From: Octopus vulgaris
Lineage: Eukaryota
Direction: 5' to 3'
Length of the DNA stretch: 64,000 bases
Assembly: GCA_951406725.2 (NCBI GenBank)
Contig: OX597820.1
Location: forward strand, 115,568,001 to 115,632,000
Shown here in pieces: positions 51,063 to 63,836 of the stretch. The notes under the pieces were generated by a model that made no database searches, had not been told where the DNA came from, and was given only the letters and a program-made list of their open reading frames with translations. A program made the position numbers and the translations under genes. How positions within the stretch are numbered: the stretch's first letter is position 1; each line of letters starts with the position of its first letter.

Positions 51063-52538
51063 TCTTGGATTCTGGTTTATAAAAGCAATATAAACATTCA
51101 AGAGGAGCTGACTGCTGGGTTTTGTACTCTACGTCTATGTAGACATGTATTCTATTGCATACTGCCAATGTGGTTTACAATATACATCGTGTACAGAAAT
51201 GCAAACACTGTATTTGTTTTAGCTATTCTTATTTACAGTATCCTTTACCTGTTTAAATGCAAGATACTCCATGTAGTCGTTCGACCTGCTAGAAATAACA
51301 GCCAAATCTCCAGATCACACTGGTGACCTCACCAGTGGTGGGGCCATGAAAAACACACCCAGTACACCTCTAAGATGGATGGGATTAGGAAGGGCATCCA
51401 GGTGTAGAAACCATGCCAAACTTGACATTGGTGCCTGACACAGCTCTGCAATTTGTTAGTTCGTGTTGAACTGTTCAGCCCGTGCCTGCATGGAAAAGGA
51501 GACATCAAATGATGATGATGATGATATCTTGTGTATAAGCCATTTCCCCCTGCCCTGTTTCTTCAACAGGAAATATTCTAGAAGAAGTTTTAGGGAATTC
51601 AAGCATTTATTGAAATACATAGTTGATGGTATGATAAGACTATGATAAAAATCAGTTTTTAAATAAACTACCAGTTGTAATGATAACAATGAGAATGTTA
51701 GAGTGAATAGTTTTACCATATGAAATTAAGCAAAGCTGGATAATACTGGTTTCCAGTTTGCCTTTTTGCAACTAATCTCAAGGTAAATCAAGTAAACGGC
51801 TTCTCAGGATAAACATTTACCTTCTGGAGACTTCATCAGCTCTGGTTTAGCCCGAATTGAGTAGACCTATTATGATTAAAGGTATTCCACCCTTAATCAT
51901 TCCATGTTATTTTTGACAACCATCTAGAACTATATTGTCTGCTGTAAGCTTCTTTTATTAAGACAGTAAATTGTAGTCTGGTGTTCATTTGGTTGCTATT
52001 TCTAACAAGTCAAGTGACCCATGTAGATGTTCCCTGGCTGGTTCATTCATGGGACTTTTTTTTTCTGCACAGGTGTGGCTGTGTGGTAAGAAACTTGCTT
52101 CCCAACCACATGATTCCAGGTTCAGTCCCACTGCATGGCACCTTGGGCAAGTGTCTTCTATAGCCTTGGGTTGACCAAAACCTTGTGAGTGGATTTAGTG
52201 GACGGAAACCCAAAGAAGCCCATTGTGTGTATGTGTGTGTGTGTGTGTGTGTGTATATATTTCTGTGTTTGTCCCCTGACCATCGCTTGAGAACAGTTGT
52301 TTGTGTGTTTATGTCCCCATAACCTAGTGGTTTGGCAAAAAAGACCGATAGAATAAATACTAAGCTTACAAAGAATGTCCTGTGGTCGATTTGTTCGACT
52401 TGGGGTGGTGCTCCAGCATGGCCGCTGTCAAATGAGTGAAACAAGAGATAAAACAATATAAATATGGTATCAAAGATAATCTCTGCATCATTCTTATTTT
52501 AAAAAATTCCTACAAAACTTTGATAAAAATCAGTTTTT

Positions 52539-52952
52539 CAGTTTTATATTTAAGAGATGAGGAATTATGTACATTATTTACATTCGATGGATATTTGTCC
52601 TCATCTTGTTTGTTGTTAACGTTTCGACTTATATACCCTCCAGCCTTCATCGGGTGTCTTGGGGAAATTTTGAACCTGGGTCCTCATTCCCAAGGCATTT
52701 TCGATATTATTATTATTATTATTATTATTCAGGTAGTTAGTAGCCCATGCTCTTAACCACTACCCCAAGATTCCAAGTTCAATTCCAAGCAGTGACATGA
52801 ATAATGATAATAATAATAACATTGAAAAATACCTTAGGAATGAGAACCCAGGTTCGAAATTTCCCCAAGACACCTGATGAAGGCTGGAGGGTATATCAGC
52901 TGAAACGTTGTGTTAACAACAAACAAGATGAGGACAAATATCTGTCAAATGT
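52539..52952. mobile_element. Third copy of the same Penelope-like family (two inverted terminal arms, no ORF)
   Basis: Arms ~52539-52760 (-) and ~52762-52952 (+); 12-bp TSD aaatcagttttt at 52527-52538 and 52953-52964. Confidence 0.85.
52869..52914 (+). ncRNA. Minimal type-I hammerhead ribozyme, apparently intact
   Basis: gacac CTGATGA a ggctg gagggtatat cagct GAAA cg TT gtgtt: stem I gacac/gtgtt, core CUGAUGA, stem II ggctg/cagct, GAAA, palindromic ACGU in place of helix III, GUU cleavage triplet. Confidence 0.75.
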
Positions 52953-54092
52953 AAATCAGTTTTTAAATGAACTTTCACTAATGATAATAATAACAATGAA
53001 GAGACTTTCAAGTGAACAGTTTTACCATAAGCACAGGCCTTGCTGTGTGGTTAAGAAGCTTGCTTTGCAACCATATGGTTTCTGGTACAGTCCCACTGTG
53101 GAGCTCTTTGGGTGAGTGTCTTCTGCTATAGCCCTGGGTCAACCTGTACCTTGTGAGTGAACTTGCTCAAAGGAAATTGTGTAGAAACTTGCTATATGTG
53201 TGTGCTTGGCCCTATACTATTCCCCCACCACTGTTTGGCAACCAGTGTTGGATTGTTTATACTCCTGTGACTTAGTGGTTCAGCAAAAGATACAGATAGA
53301 ATAAGTATCATCATTTAATGTGCATTGTCCATGCTGGCATGGGCTGAATGGTTTGACTGGAGCTGGCATGCTGGAAGCCTGCACCAGACTCCAGTCTGTT
53401 ATGGCTGGATGCCCTTCCTAACGCCAACCACTCCAAGAGTATAATGAGTGCTTTTACGTGCCACCGGCAGACTTTAAAAAAAAGTACCATGGGTGATTTG
53501 TTCAGCTAAAATCTTTCAAGGCCTTGCTGCAGCATGGCCACAGTCCAATAACTGAAACAAGTAAAAGATAAAAGATAAAAGATATCTAACCACTCCAAAG
53601 TTATACACCACTGTTGTCATTCAAATTAGTTTGAGAAACTATAAAAGCTAGAAAGCTTTTGTGAATGATTGCTGTAAAAAGAAAGAAAAGAATCTGGTTT
53701 GAAAATGTTAATTACACAGTCCAGCTCTTAAAATTTAAAAGTGCGTAACCCTGCTGAATACAAGTTATATTATGTTAAGTATTCTGCTGTTTATACTGAA
53801 ACAAAAGAAATATTTTCTCATACGTGGCAGGACATAAGTAAACAGTTCATTTCATTTTGTTCTACATTTATATCTACTGAATTCATTGTGTCATAAATGC
53901 TTTTTAATAAAAATTCGTTCTTGTTATCTTAAGAGCACTTGTATTCTGGATAAACAGAACTTTTATATTTTGTTTTGTCTGGGAGATCTACTGACAAATT
54001 ACTACACACACAACTTCTTTTTAATCTTTTTGTTCTTTGTTTTGTCTTTTCCTTTTTAAACTCTTTCTAACACCAAACTCTTGAAGATTGTA

Positions 54093-54490
54093 GGCGCAGG
54101 AGTGGCTGTGTGGTAAGTAGCTTGCTTACCAACCACACGGTTCCGGGTTCAGTCCCACTGCGTGGCATCTTAGGCAAGTGTCTTCTGCTATAGCCCCGAG
54201 CCGACCAATGCCTTGTGAATGGATTTGGTAGACGGAAACTGAAAGAAGCCTGTCGTATATATGTATATATGTATGTGTGTGTATATGTTTTTGTGTCTGT
54301 ATTTGTCCCCCTAGCATTGCTTGACAACCGATGCTGGTGTGTTTATGCCCCCGTCACTTAGCTGTTCGATAAAAAGAGACTGATAGAATAAGTACTGGGC
54401 TTACAAAGAATAAGTCCCGGGGTCGATCTGCTCGACTAAATGCGGTGCTCCAGCATGGCCGCAGTCAAATTACTGAAACAAGTAAAAAAA
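54093..54490 (+). mobile_element. tRNA-derived SINE family A, best-preserved copy. Others: ~755-1470(-), 2525-3550, 8965-9280(-), 9530-9880, 13218-13540, 19915-20258, 24060-24425, 31455-31817, 37610-38037, 39075-39392(-), 40594-40848, 42553-42912, 43578-43905, 44555-44830(-), 47570-47952(-), 50190-50606(-), 52067-52455, 53033-53582, 54970-55342
   Basis: ggcgcaggagtggctgtgtggtaag (A box)...gggttcagtccc (B box), CORE-like ccttgggcaagtg in most copies, central (TA)/(TG)n, tail ggtgctccagcatggccgcagtc...gaaacaagtaaaa. Confidence 0.9.
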
Positions 54491-55417
54491 AAAATAGAAA
54501 AAAAGAAATCAAAATCTCATACAATGTATAATATCATGTGATTTCTGTTGTTCAACCCTGACATGGTGTACCTGTGTATTAAAGTTGATCAGCAAAAATT
54601 TATTGCTTAGTCATTAGGGTGTTGCACTCATGATTGTAAAACCAGTTTCAATTTCCAGACAAAGCAATGCGTTGTGTTCTTGAGCGAAACTCTTCATTTC
54701 TCATTGCTCCAGTTCACTCAGCTGTAAATGAGTTCAAACTATTGTTGATAAGTTCACCTTGTGACTGACAGGTATCTTGTTTAGAAGGCAGTGTTGTAAT
54801 CTGTCACGCGCACACCTTGGAAACTGGGTTAAACTTGGCCTCATGAATCCTAAGGCTTGTGACAGACCGAAGTAAGTTGATGGTGGTGGTCATATTTTAC
54901 TTTCCCCGTTCCTTTTGATTCAATTGGAAATCTAGTCACAAATGAATTAATGCTTAATGCGCATGATTCTTGGCTGTGTGGTAAGTAGCCTGCTTACTAA
55001 CCACATGGTTCTGGGTTCAATCCCACTGTGTGGCAAGTGTCTCTACTATAGGCCCGGGCCATCCAAAGCCTTGTGAGTAGAATTGGTAGACGGAAACTGA
55101 AAGAAGCCCGTCGTATATATGTATGTGTGTGTGTGTATGTTCGTATGTCTGTATATGTCCCTCCAACATCGCTTGACAACCGATGCTGGTGTGTTTACGT
55201 CCCCATAAGTTAGTGGTTCGACAAAAGAGACCAATAGAATAAGTACCAGGCTTACAAAGAATAAGTACTGGGGTTGATTTGCTCGACTAAAGGTGGTGCT
55301 CCAGCATGGCCACAGTCAAATGACTGAAACGAGTAAAAGAGTATATATATATACCTGACGTATTCTGTTACTTATTTTGAGTGCATTTCTGAATATAAAC
55401 TTTTATTTATCTTCCAG

Positions 55418-55493
55418 ACAAGATATATTGGAAAAATTCCAGTTGTACAATGCTTTTTATGAAGGCAAACGAGGCTGCTTAAGTATGGATCAA
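55418..55493 (+). CDS. RASSF2: RASSF2/4-like coding exon (QDILEKFQLYNAFYEGKRGCLSMDQ)
   Basis: Acceptor ttttatttatcttccag, donor caa|gtaagt; 76 nt, phase 2 to 0; resembles the YN.YYEG N-terminal motif of RASSF2/4/6. Confidence 0.85.
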
Positions 55494-55956
55494 GTAAGTG
55501 ATACTCTTATCTACTTATTTTTAATCAAATGAAGGTTGACGGTCATTTTTTGCTTTATATATCATCATCATCATCATCATTTAGCGTCCGTTTTCCATGC
55601 TAGCATGGGTTGGACGGTTCAACTGGGGTCTGGGGAGCCCGAAGGCTGCACATTTTCTTGTTATATATATCAGAATATTTTATTAGTTTCTTTTTAAGAA
55701 AGAAACAAAAGAGGATTAATGTGACGCGTCTTTTTAGTAATTTTTTTTTTATAAATATCCTCCGAGCTATTTTTTATTGCTTCATTGTTTGCCTCCTTTA
55801 TCTAATTAATATCTCTAATTGGCAAAGGTGGTGAGCTGGCAGAGTTGTTAGCATGCTGGTGGCATTTTATCCTTCTTTATCTCCACCAAGGTCGACTTTG
55901 CCTTTCATCTTTTAGGGATCAATAAAATAAGTACCAGTTGAGCACTGGGTGCAATA

Positions 55957-56332
55957 CAGGCATGTGCCGTCAGTAATTACTCAGGGTAGGCAGTTGGTGA
56001 CATTTATGTAGTAAAACACACAAAAAAAATAAGCAAAACACAGTCATGTGTAGGACATAAAGAAAATTGTGTTGTAGGAATGTACGCAGCAGGTGTACAA
56101 CAGCGGTATTATGTGTAGCTTTAATACTGGGATTGAAAGACAGGAGTGAATTACGCCTACCTGATCTATAAAAAAATAAAATATTTTGCATTTTATGCAT
56201 AGTAATCTGACTAACCTTCATAATTTTCTTGAATTAGGCGTATATTTTGCCATAAAAGGAAAATGTTGCTATCAATCTATTTTATTGAAGGTAGGCACTG
56301 CCTACCTTGCCTACCAAGGCAGTATGTCCCTG
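55957..56332. mobile_element. hAT-type MITE inserted in a Deu-like SINE
   Basis: cagg...ccctg termini; 8-bp TSD gtgcaata/gtgcaatg; subterminal gtaggca/tgcctac motifs. Confidence 0.75.
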
Positions 56333-59300
56333 GTGCAATGTAATGGAGCTTTCCTCCTGCCCCAAACTCACTGGCCTTGTACCAAAATTTGAAGCCAATA
56401 TTTTCTGATAGGAGAAATGACTTAGTTAATAGCATACATTCAGCAACACAAAATATAATCAACTGCTATGGTTAAATAAATGCTAGTTTTAGTTAATATT
56501 TACTATTACTAAACCTTTCTGCTTCTAATTTCCATGTTTAGCTGCTGTGAAATGAAGCATTTTGCCAAAACTTCAGCTTTCTACTTAACATTCGTATTTT
56601 TCAATTGTATACTTATTTGTTTCTTTTCCTGATTGATTCAAAGTTGTTTCCATGATACAAGGAATGCTTTAGCACAATTTGATCTATATTGTAAGAAAAA
56701 AAGAAAATTTGCTTTGCAACTCTGTTTCTAGGTTCAATTCCACTGCACAACACCTTGGGAGTGAGCCATTTTGGTACAGCCGTTTTGGCATCACTGATTC
56801 AATGCTGATTTTTATTTGATTTAATGTTCCTCTTGTTCTCTCTCTCTCTCTCTCTTTCCCTCTCTCTCTCTCTCTCTCTCATATGTGTATATTTCTGTGC
56901 GCTTATGCATGTATGTGTTTGCTCCCCACAAAAAATACTTTTGCTAAAATGGGTTGCATATCCACCCAACCATGCCAAATCATCTGCACCCAATCGTCCC
57001 ATTCTGAAGTGTCTTCTACCATATCCTCAGGTTGACTGATACTTTGCAATTGGAATTTGATAGATGGAAACTGTGGGGAAGTTGTGTGTGTGTGTGTTTG
57101 TGTGTATGTGAGAGAGAGAGAGATTCGCAGGCATATATTGAGGACGAAACAAAAACATTTGTTCTGTATCGTGCTAGACCCCACTCCCTTTGGTCCCCTC
57201 GCCATTAGAAATGCAATGAACCAGTGATTATGTTGTTATTGTTGGAATGTAACCAACACCATTCTTGTCAACAAATTACATATGAAAGCCATTTTCAAAC
57301 ACTAGCATTAGGTAATTCTGAAAATTAGAATGGATTATTAACTAGAGCATGGAATTTTTCAAGTTAATTAATCTTTCATATATCAAGTATCCAATTCAGA
57401 GAATGATGCTTTTATTTATTTATTTATTTATGCTTTCTAGAGTGCTTAAGGCAAGTAAATTATTTTACCCCTGGACTTGTAATAATTCCAATAATATGGT
57501 TTGTCCAGTTTCAGTGATAGCCATGTCTGATTATTGACCATAAACAAATTACCAAGCGTTTGTGTGTGAGAGAGATCAGCAAATAACTTATAGTTACAGT
57601 TGGCTAATTGTGTGTGTTTGTTGTATCTGGGCAATTTCACTCCACACATCCCACTCACTGCTGTCGTTTTCTTCCCGAGCCCTAGGACTCATAGAACCAG
57701 TTAGCCAGTTTCTATGGCATGTAAGTGACTAAGATCACAACATACCCCCTGAACCGAATGCCAGTCCATTGCAGGGTCCAAGGTCAGCAAGTTTGAAGGG
57801 AGGGGACAACTTCAACCCTAGTACTTGACTGGTATATATTTTATCGACCCTTAAGGGATGAAAGGCAAAGTTGATTTAGGTGAGATTTGAACTCAGATTG
57901 TAAAAATGAAGCATTCTTGTTAACAATTCTGTCAGTTCCCTGCTTTTGAGAAAACTAAAATAATTTTCCACCATTTCTTTGCCATTTCCTGTTTGCTCGA
58001 CATGATCAATAGTTTAATATAAAAATCAGACAAAATCAGTTTGAAATTAGTTATTCCAACATCAGGTGCTCTTGATAAACATGACAGAAGTTTTTGTTCT
58101 GTTTTCTTTTCCCTCCCTCCAGTATATATGCTCCTCCTAATCTTTGATTGTAATGGTTTCATTGAATTCTTGTCTGTTAATTAGAATTTTAATTTTTATG
58201 GATTGTGTTGTCTTTCTATGGTTGGATGATGACAGGAAACCTAACCTAGACTTATTTTCCAACAGAGGCAATTACTGGGGCAGAATTTCATTTAGATTTA
58301 GACTGCAGGCAGCATGTCTGTAGGATAGTGTGGTAATAAATACGAAATAAGAGACAGACTTGGAAGTTGTGAAAGAAAATAGTTAGCAGGGGGTTGAAAG
58401 GCTAAACTGAAAAAATTAGGTGTATGTTTTTCCTTTGCCAGATGTTTCAATATGTATGTATGAAAAATTTGATGAGGCATGTCTGTAGGAAAAGGTATTT
58501 GTTAGTAACACAAGTTAAATACATTTCATTGAACTTTTCTTCGGTGGTGCGTGGGTGTTGAGTTTTCTGTTGTGGTTTTCTGTGTAAGGGGACGCAGCAG
58601 TGACAGGAAAAGAAATATTGGAGATGAGGGAATTACAGAGATGTGGAATGATAGAGATTTGTGGAGAGATACTACTACTACTACTAAGGGAGAAAGGCAA
58701 ATGTTAAGCTGGTAATGATTGGTAGCTACACTGAAGTGAAATTAATCTGGTTAAACTCTTTCACAGACATGACATAGCATGTTTAATCAGTATTTTATCA
58801 GTTTATCTATAAGATATATTATGACAGTCATATAAATAGTAAGACCAGAAATTTATATAGGTGTATATATATATATATATATATTTATATGATAATGTTA
58901 TTGAATATTAAATTAAAGTGAGGTTTGAAGTATTTTTAATGGGAAACTATTCAACTGCTAATTTTCATGTTTAATTAGCCTTATGTTGTCATCATTTAAA
59001 TGTTGTCTTGGAAGGAATGGGGGGAATTCTCACATCTACTTTTTAAGGTTTCATTTTGCTCTTTTGATTTGAGAGCATAGCGCTAATGTTCAGTTGGATT
59101 AGAGTCTTTATAGCTTGCATAAATTTATATACTTCTTGTAAACTCTACCTTAAGATTTAGCTACCTTTGTGAATGGTTCAATAGAATAAAGGCCAAGCTG
59201 CTTAGATGACTGATGAATAAATACATCAATTACATTGCTTGATGGAAATTCTCAAACTGCTCAAAAGCCAACTTCTTAATCATATTACCATGTCTATAGA

Positions 59301-59971
59301 AGCCAATTAACTTCACTCTAGCTTCTAAATAGAAACATATTCTATAATCATTCTGTTTTTTTTTTCTCTCTTCTTAAATTTTTTCTTACCATTCTTCATA
59401 TATAAAGGTGTGTGGCCTAGTGGTGGTTACACTGTTGCACTCACTATCTCCAGATCATGGGTTCAATTCTCAGATTGGGTGGCATGTTGTGTTCTTGAGC
59501 AAAACACTTCATGTTGATCTAGTGTTGTGTGGGGACCAGCATGTCAAAGAACAGACCCATTGTTTCCTCTGTGTGTCGTAAAACAGGGCGACTAAAAGAG
59601 GTTAGGTAGGGTTTGTACTCCAACCTTGTAAAACCCTCACCAGCAATGACTACCTAAACACCCATGGCTTAGAGAGTTGTCAACCGAGTGGGGCAAAGGC
59701 ATCATCTGCCAGGGGTAGGGAATCATCAATAAATGGTGGATGCAGTAATGCACCGTTACTGCATATACCCTACTGCTGCTGCTGCTGCTGCTACTACTAC
59801 TACTACTACTACCTATTTAGCTGTTACAATGATTATATTCATTTGTTTACTTTTTAATTGTAAATAAGTATTATAACTGAGTATTTTGCGGCCTGAAGTT
59901 ACAACCCTGCCTGTTTCATTGACCAATTCCATTAGCAAAGTCATTTTATTTTCTCTTTGAGTAGTTGTCAA

Positions 59972-60225
59972 ATGTGGAAAGCCTGTGGCCTAGTTGTTAA
60001 GGCATCATACTTGTGATTGCATGATCATAGTTCCAATTCCTGGACTAGGTACTGCACTCTGTTCCTGAGCAAAACACTTTATTTGATGAGGTTTCAGTTC
60101 ACTCGGCTGTGAGTGAGTAACCCTGTGATGGACTAGCATCCCATCCAGGTTGAGTCTTGTGATCTTGGTCACTTATATATTATGGAAACCAGGTAACTGG
60201 CCCTAAGAGTCTGAGGGCTTGAAAT
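59972..60225 (+). mobile_element. tRNA-derived SINE family D (V-domain-like). Others: ~11385-11630, 20690-20810, 29048-29160(-), 54605-54870, 57675-57780(-), 59407-59520
   Basis: tggcctagttgttaagg...caattcctggac...ttcctgagcaaaacac...ccctgtgatggactagcatcccatccagg. Confidence 0.75.
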
Positions 60226-60679
60226 AATATTACTTCAGATGTTTTTTTCTTACTCATTACAGCAGAGTGGGATTAGCATTTAACTATTATTTCTAGCAGA
60301 TCAAATAACCACATAGAGGCTTGATGAGCAGAGCAAAGTAGAGGCAATCTATTGGCAAAGTGAACTCCCAACTTGGTTTCAATTTCTGGTTTGTTTTAGA
60401 TTTGCATGGCTTCATCCAGGTCTCTACATAAAAATTGCAGAAATGCTACACTTGTTCATTTTTCCTCTTAAATCTGAACATGTGTAGCTACTTAAAAATT
60501 AGTCATATCAATTTTGTATTCTAGTTAGCTCTCTAAATATGGTCTTTACTGAGAAGCAGATAAAGTCAGTAGAATAGGCTGGAAGAAATCCTGATAAACT
60601 AACTATACCATTTACCCCCCCCCCCCCCATCTGATTACTGCTGTTAACTATGGTCACTCCACAGTGTCAAATTAATACT

Positions 60680-61200
60680 GGAACTTGATGCAATTCAATG
60701 GTGCTACACCAAGAAGATTGCATTAATGGGACAGTTGAGCTTCTGGGAGAGGCTGAAAGAATTATGACTCTACTCTCTCAAGTGTAGTTGGGAAAGATAT
60801 CTAGTGATGTACATATGGAAAATCCTGGAGGGTTTGGTACCGAACTTTAGCATCAAGAGTTACATGCCTTGCTTCCAGCAGGTTGCTATGGGTTCCGACT
60901 ACCTTGTACAGAGTAAGAAGGAACAGGTATTCCAATAGTTTGAGATCCAAGGGCCCATTGCAGTTTAATATATTGTCATAAAACCTGAGGTATCTATCTA
61001 CACTCAGTGGAGGTAGGTGTTTTCAAGTAACATCTTGACTTCTGCTATCCAAGATTCCAGATGAGTCTATATCACCACAAGAGACCAACAATATCGGACT
61101 CCTTTATTCATCAAAAGCCAACCACATGAGAATGGATATTGAAAAGATGATCATAATAGTGGTTCCCCAGCATAGTCACGGCCATTGAACTGGAATGCAT
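60680..61200 (+). mobile_element. CR1/L2-type LINE 3' end
   Basis: IQWCYTKKIALMGQLSFWERLKEL*LYSLKCSWERYLVMYIWKILEGLVPN, typical of the CR1 ORF2 C-terminus. Confidence 0.8.
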
Positions 61201-61329
61201 ACAGGGAAAAAAAATGACAATTCAAAGGTTTTTGTGGGATTCACATCTGCAAATTAATGAATTTGGCTACAAATAATTGACCAAAAGTCATTGGTGAAGT
61301 TCAGCACCTCCTGTACTCTCAAGAACATT

Positions 61330-61790
61330 GGGCAACAAGTTGATGCCACTGGTTTCTGTTGGCTGCAGTTTTCTCTGCATCCGGCCATGTGATGTTGGCC
61401 TCTCTCATGTAGGTTATGAATGTTCTGTACCCTGCACTTTTTGGTCATCCTCTTTTTCTTTTTCCCCTCCAGTAGTGTCCATTTGAAAGCTGTTTTACAA
61501 TGGTGTTGTTCTGGTGGCCAGTGTATGTGACTCACTAGTTTTAATTTTCATTCTGTGATGATTTTGCTAAGCAGTCTTGTATTGGCTTTCTTCAGAATGC
61601 CTTCTTTGGTTATATGGTCTTGCTAGTACGTTCTTCAAATCCTTCTCCAGTGTCTTTGATGGAATGCATTTAGCTTTCTGTTGACTTTCACAGTGCTCTT
61701 TCATTGGCATAGAGAACCATTGGTAGAACTATGGTATTATAGAAGCAGATGTTTGTGCTGGGGTTGCATTTTATCAGCATTTGAAGTCCC
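61330..61790 (-). mobile_element. RTE-type LINE 3' fragment
   Basis: SHIHWPPEQHHCKTAFKWTLLEGKKKKRMTKK resembles the RTE motif GH..R......K.AL.W...GKR.RGRPK; degraded. Confidence 0.65.
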
Positions 61791-62298
61791 TACTCCGGTT
61801 GAGAAAGAAAGGAGAGAAAAGAGGGGTAAAGGTAGAGAGGAAGAAAGGCAGGCAGAACGAGAGAGAGATGATGGTGGAGATGTATTGGGACATACCTACA
61901 GGGTACAGTGGGGATGAATATAAGTAAATATAAGTGGTACAGAGGGGATTAGACAGGGTAAGTGGGTAGGGAGGGATAGATGGGGGGATGTTTCATAAGA
62001 GTGTGGTGGGAGATGGTTAGAGATGGGACAGAGGTGTAACTGTAGCAAGTGATAGGAGTGGCTCAAGGGGCCGATGTGAGTAGATAATTTAGAGGCTGAT
62101 TATTTATGATTTATTTATCTCATTCACTCCTAAACATTTTAGCAGCGATGGAATAATTTGTTAGGCTCAAAGGATATATTTTTATTGAAGATGGGACATG
62201 TAGTAAATCTCTGTATGTTTCTAGAATAAAAAATCTTTAAGATTATACAGCTATCAAAATTGTTAACTCTAATTAGAAGTATTTGTTAATTATTTCAG

Positions 62299-62472
62299 GT
62301 AAATGGTGTTGATGTTTTAGAAGGTCCGTTACGGATATATTGGCAAGTTACTATACCAATACAGTTAAAACATTGTGATGACGTCCCTGTACCACCAATT
62401 GCATCATGGAGACACAGCTATTATGCTACTCCAACTGGTAATGGCCTTAATGTTGATGCTGAAGAACCACAG
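62299..62472 (+). CDS. RASSF2: RASSF2/4-like coding exon (VNGVDVLEGPLRIYWQVTIPIQLKHCDDVPVPPIASWRHSYYATPTGNGLNVDAEEPQ)
   Basis: Acceptor taattatttcag, donor cag|gtaggc; 174 nt, phase 0/0, in frame with the previous exon. EGPLRIYW...PIQLKHCDD matches the RASSF2/4 motif EGLL.I.WG..RPIRL...DD. RA and SARAH domain exons would lie beyond the window. Confidence 0.88.
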
Positions 62473-62572
62473 GTAGGCTTGTTATGTATTCTCTATTCAT
62501 GTGTATGTGTGTGTGGGCGTGAATATTAAACATTGTTTGTATCATAAAATATACATGTAAAAGGCTTCTGCT

Positions 62573-62603
<31 letters not shown>

Positions 62604-63302
62604 TTCAATCATTACATGTACTAATGTGTGTGTGTGTGTGTGTGTATGCGTGCACACACATATACATGCATGTAATTTCTTTAAAACTTACAATTTCTGT
62701 GTCCAGAATATAAACTGACCAATGCACTAAGAATTAGAAGTGTAGATGGCTATGTTACTAAATGTGTTAGTGTTGAAAATCAGGCAAAGAATGAGACCAG
62801 CTGGCAGACACTTTGCCAATGCAAAGTCTGTAAGATTAAGATGTACAGTAACATGTAACTTTCCACCATTGTTATGTGAATCCATTCCAGCAATGGGCAT
62901 TTGATTCTTCATAGAAACCAATCCACTTCTTGGAGAATTTCAAACAAGAAAGTGACTTTCATGAAAAATATGTGCTAAGTCAGCAAACTAAACCAGATTT
63001 TATTTTTATTTTTTCCTTATCGAACAGCATTTAAGATGAATTTTGGCAGCACAGAAATATTTAAGTCTTCAATTTTCTTAGGGGTTGTTTTTATTCCTTT
63101 AAAAACATGTGATTTAATGCATATTTCACATTATTTTTTTAATGCATTTTTGGTAAAGAAATATGTGCTTAAGTATCTTGAAATCTCTTATAATAATAAT
63201 TTTCTTTTTCTTTTTTTAGTTTTTCCATGTATGTAATGTATTTCAAAACTGTACTCAACATACTTAACAGATACAGTCATTATTATTATTATTATTATTA
63301 TT

Positions 63303-63638
63303 AATTGAGGGTGGAGAGGGAAGTGTTGCCTTGTAGCAAGTTTGTTGAAAGGTGGGTGAATGTTGGAAGAATGGCCAGTGTGAAAGAACCAATTCTGAGC
63401 GTGCACCTGTTAAAAAAAAAAAAAAAAAGGGCTCTTGCCCTGTTCAGGCTTTTGTGGGTTTTTTCACGAGGACCTTAATGCACCTCGCCTCTCGCCTATT
63501 GGGGGTTTTTAATTTGTTCAATTTTTTTTTTGTCATTACATTGTGCATACACAGAAACCCATTGTATCGTCCTGTATTTGTCTTTTGTGTTGTATGTCAA
63601 TGTTGTGTATATGAGCCCTTGTGGCTAATAAAAGAATT
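63303..63638 (+). mobile_element. Tx1/L1-type LINE 3' end
   Basis: LRVEREVLPCSKFVERWVNVGRMASV then a 3' UTR ending atgagcccttgtggctaataaaa; the same tail occurs at 46669-46695. Confidence 0.65.
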
Positions 63639-63801
63639 TACTATTATTATTTGCTATGTTCTGAGTTCAAATTCCACCAAGGTCAACTTTGCCTTTTATC
63701 CTTCGGGGTCAATAAATTAAGTACCATTTGCACACTGAGGTCAATCTAATCGACTGGCCCTCTCCCCCCAAATTTGAGGCCTTGTGCCTCCAGTAGAAAG
63801 G

Positions 63802-63836
<35 letters not shown>

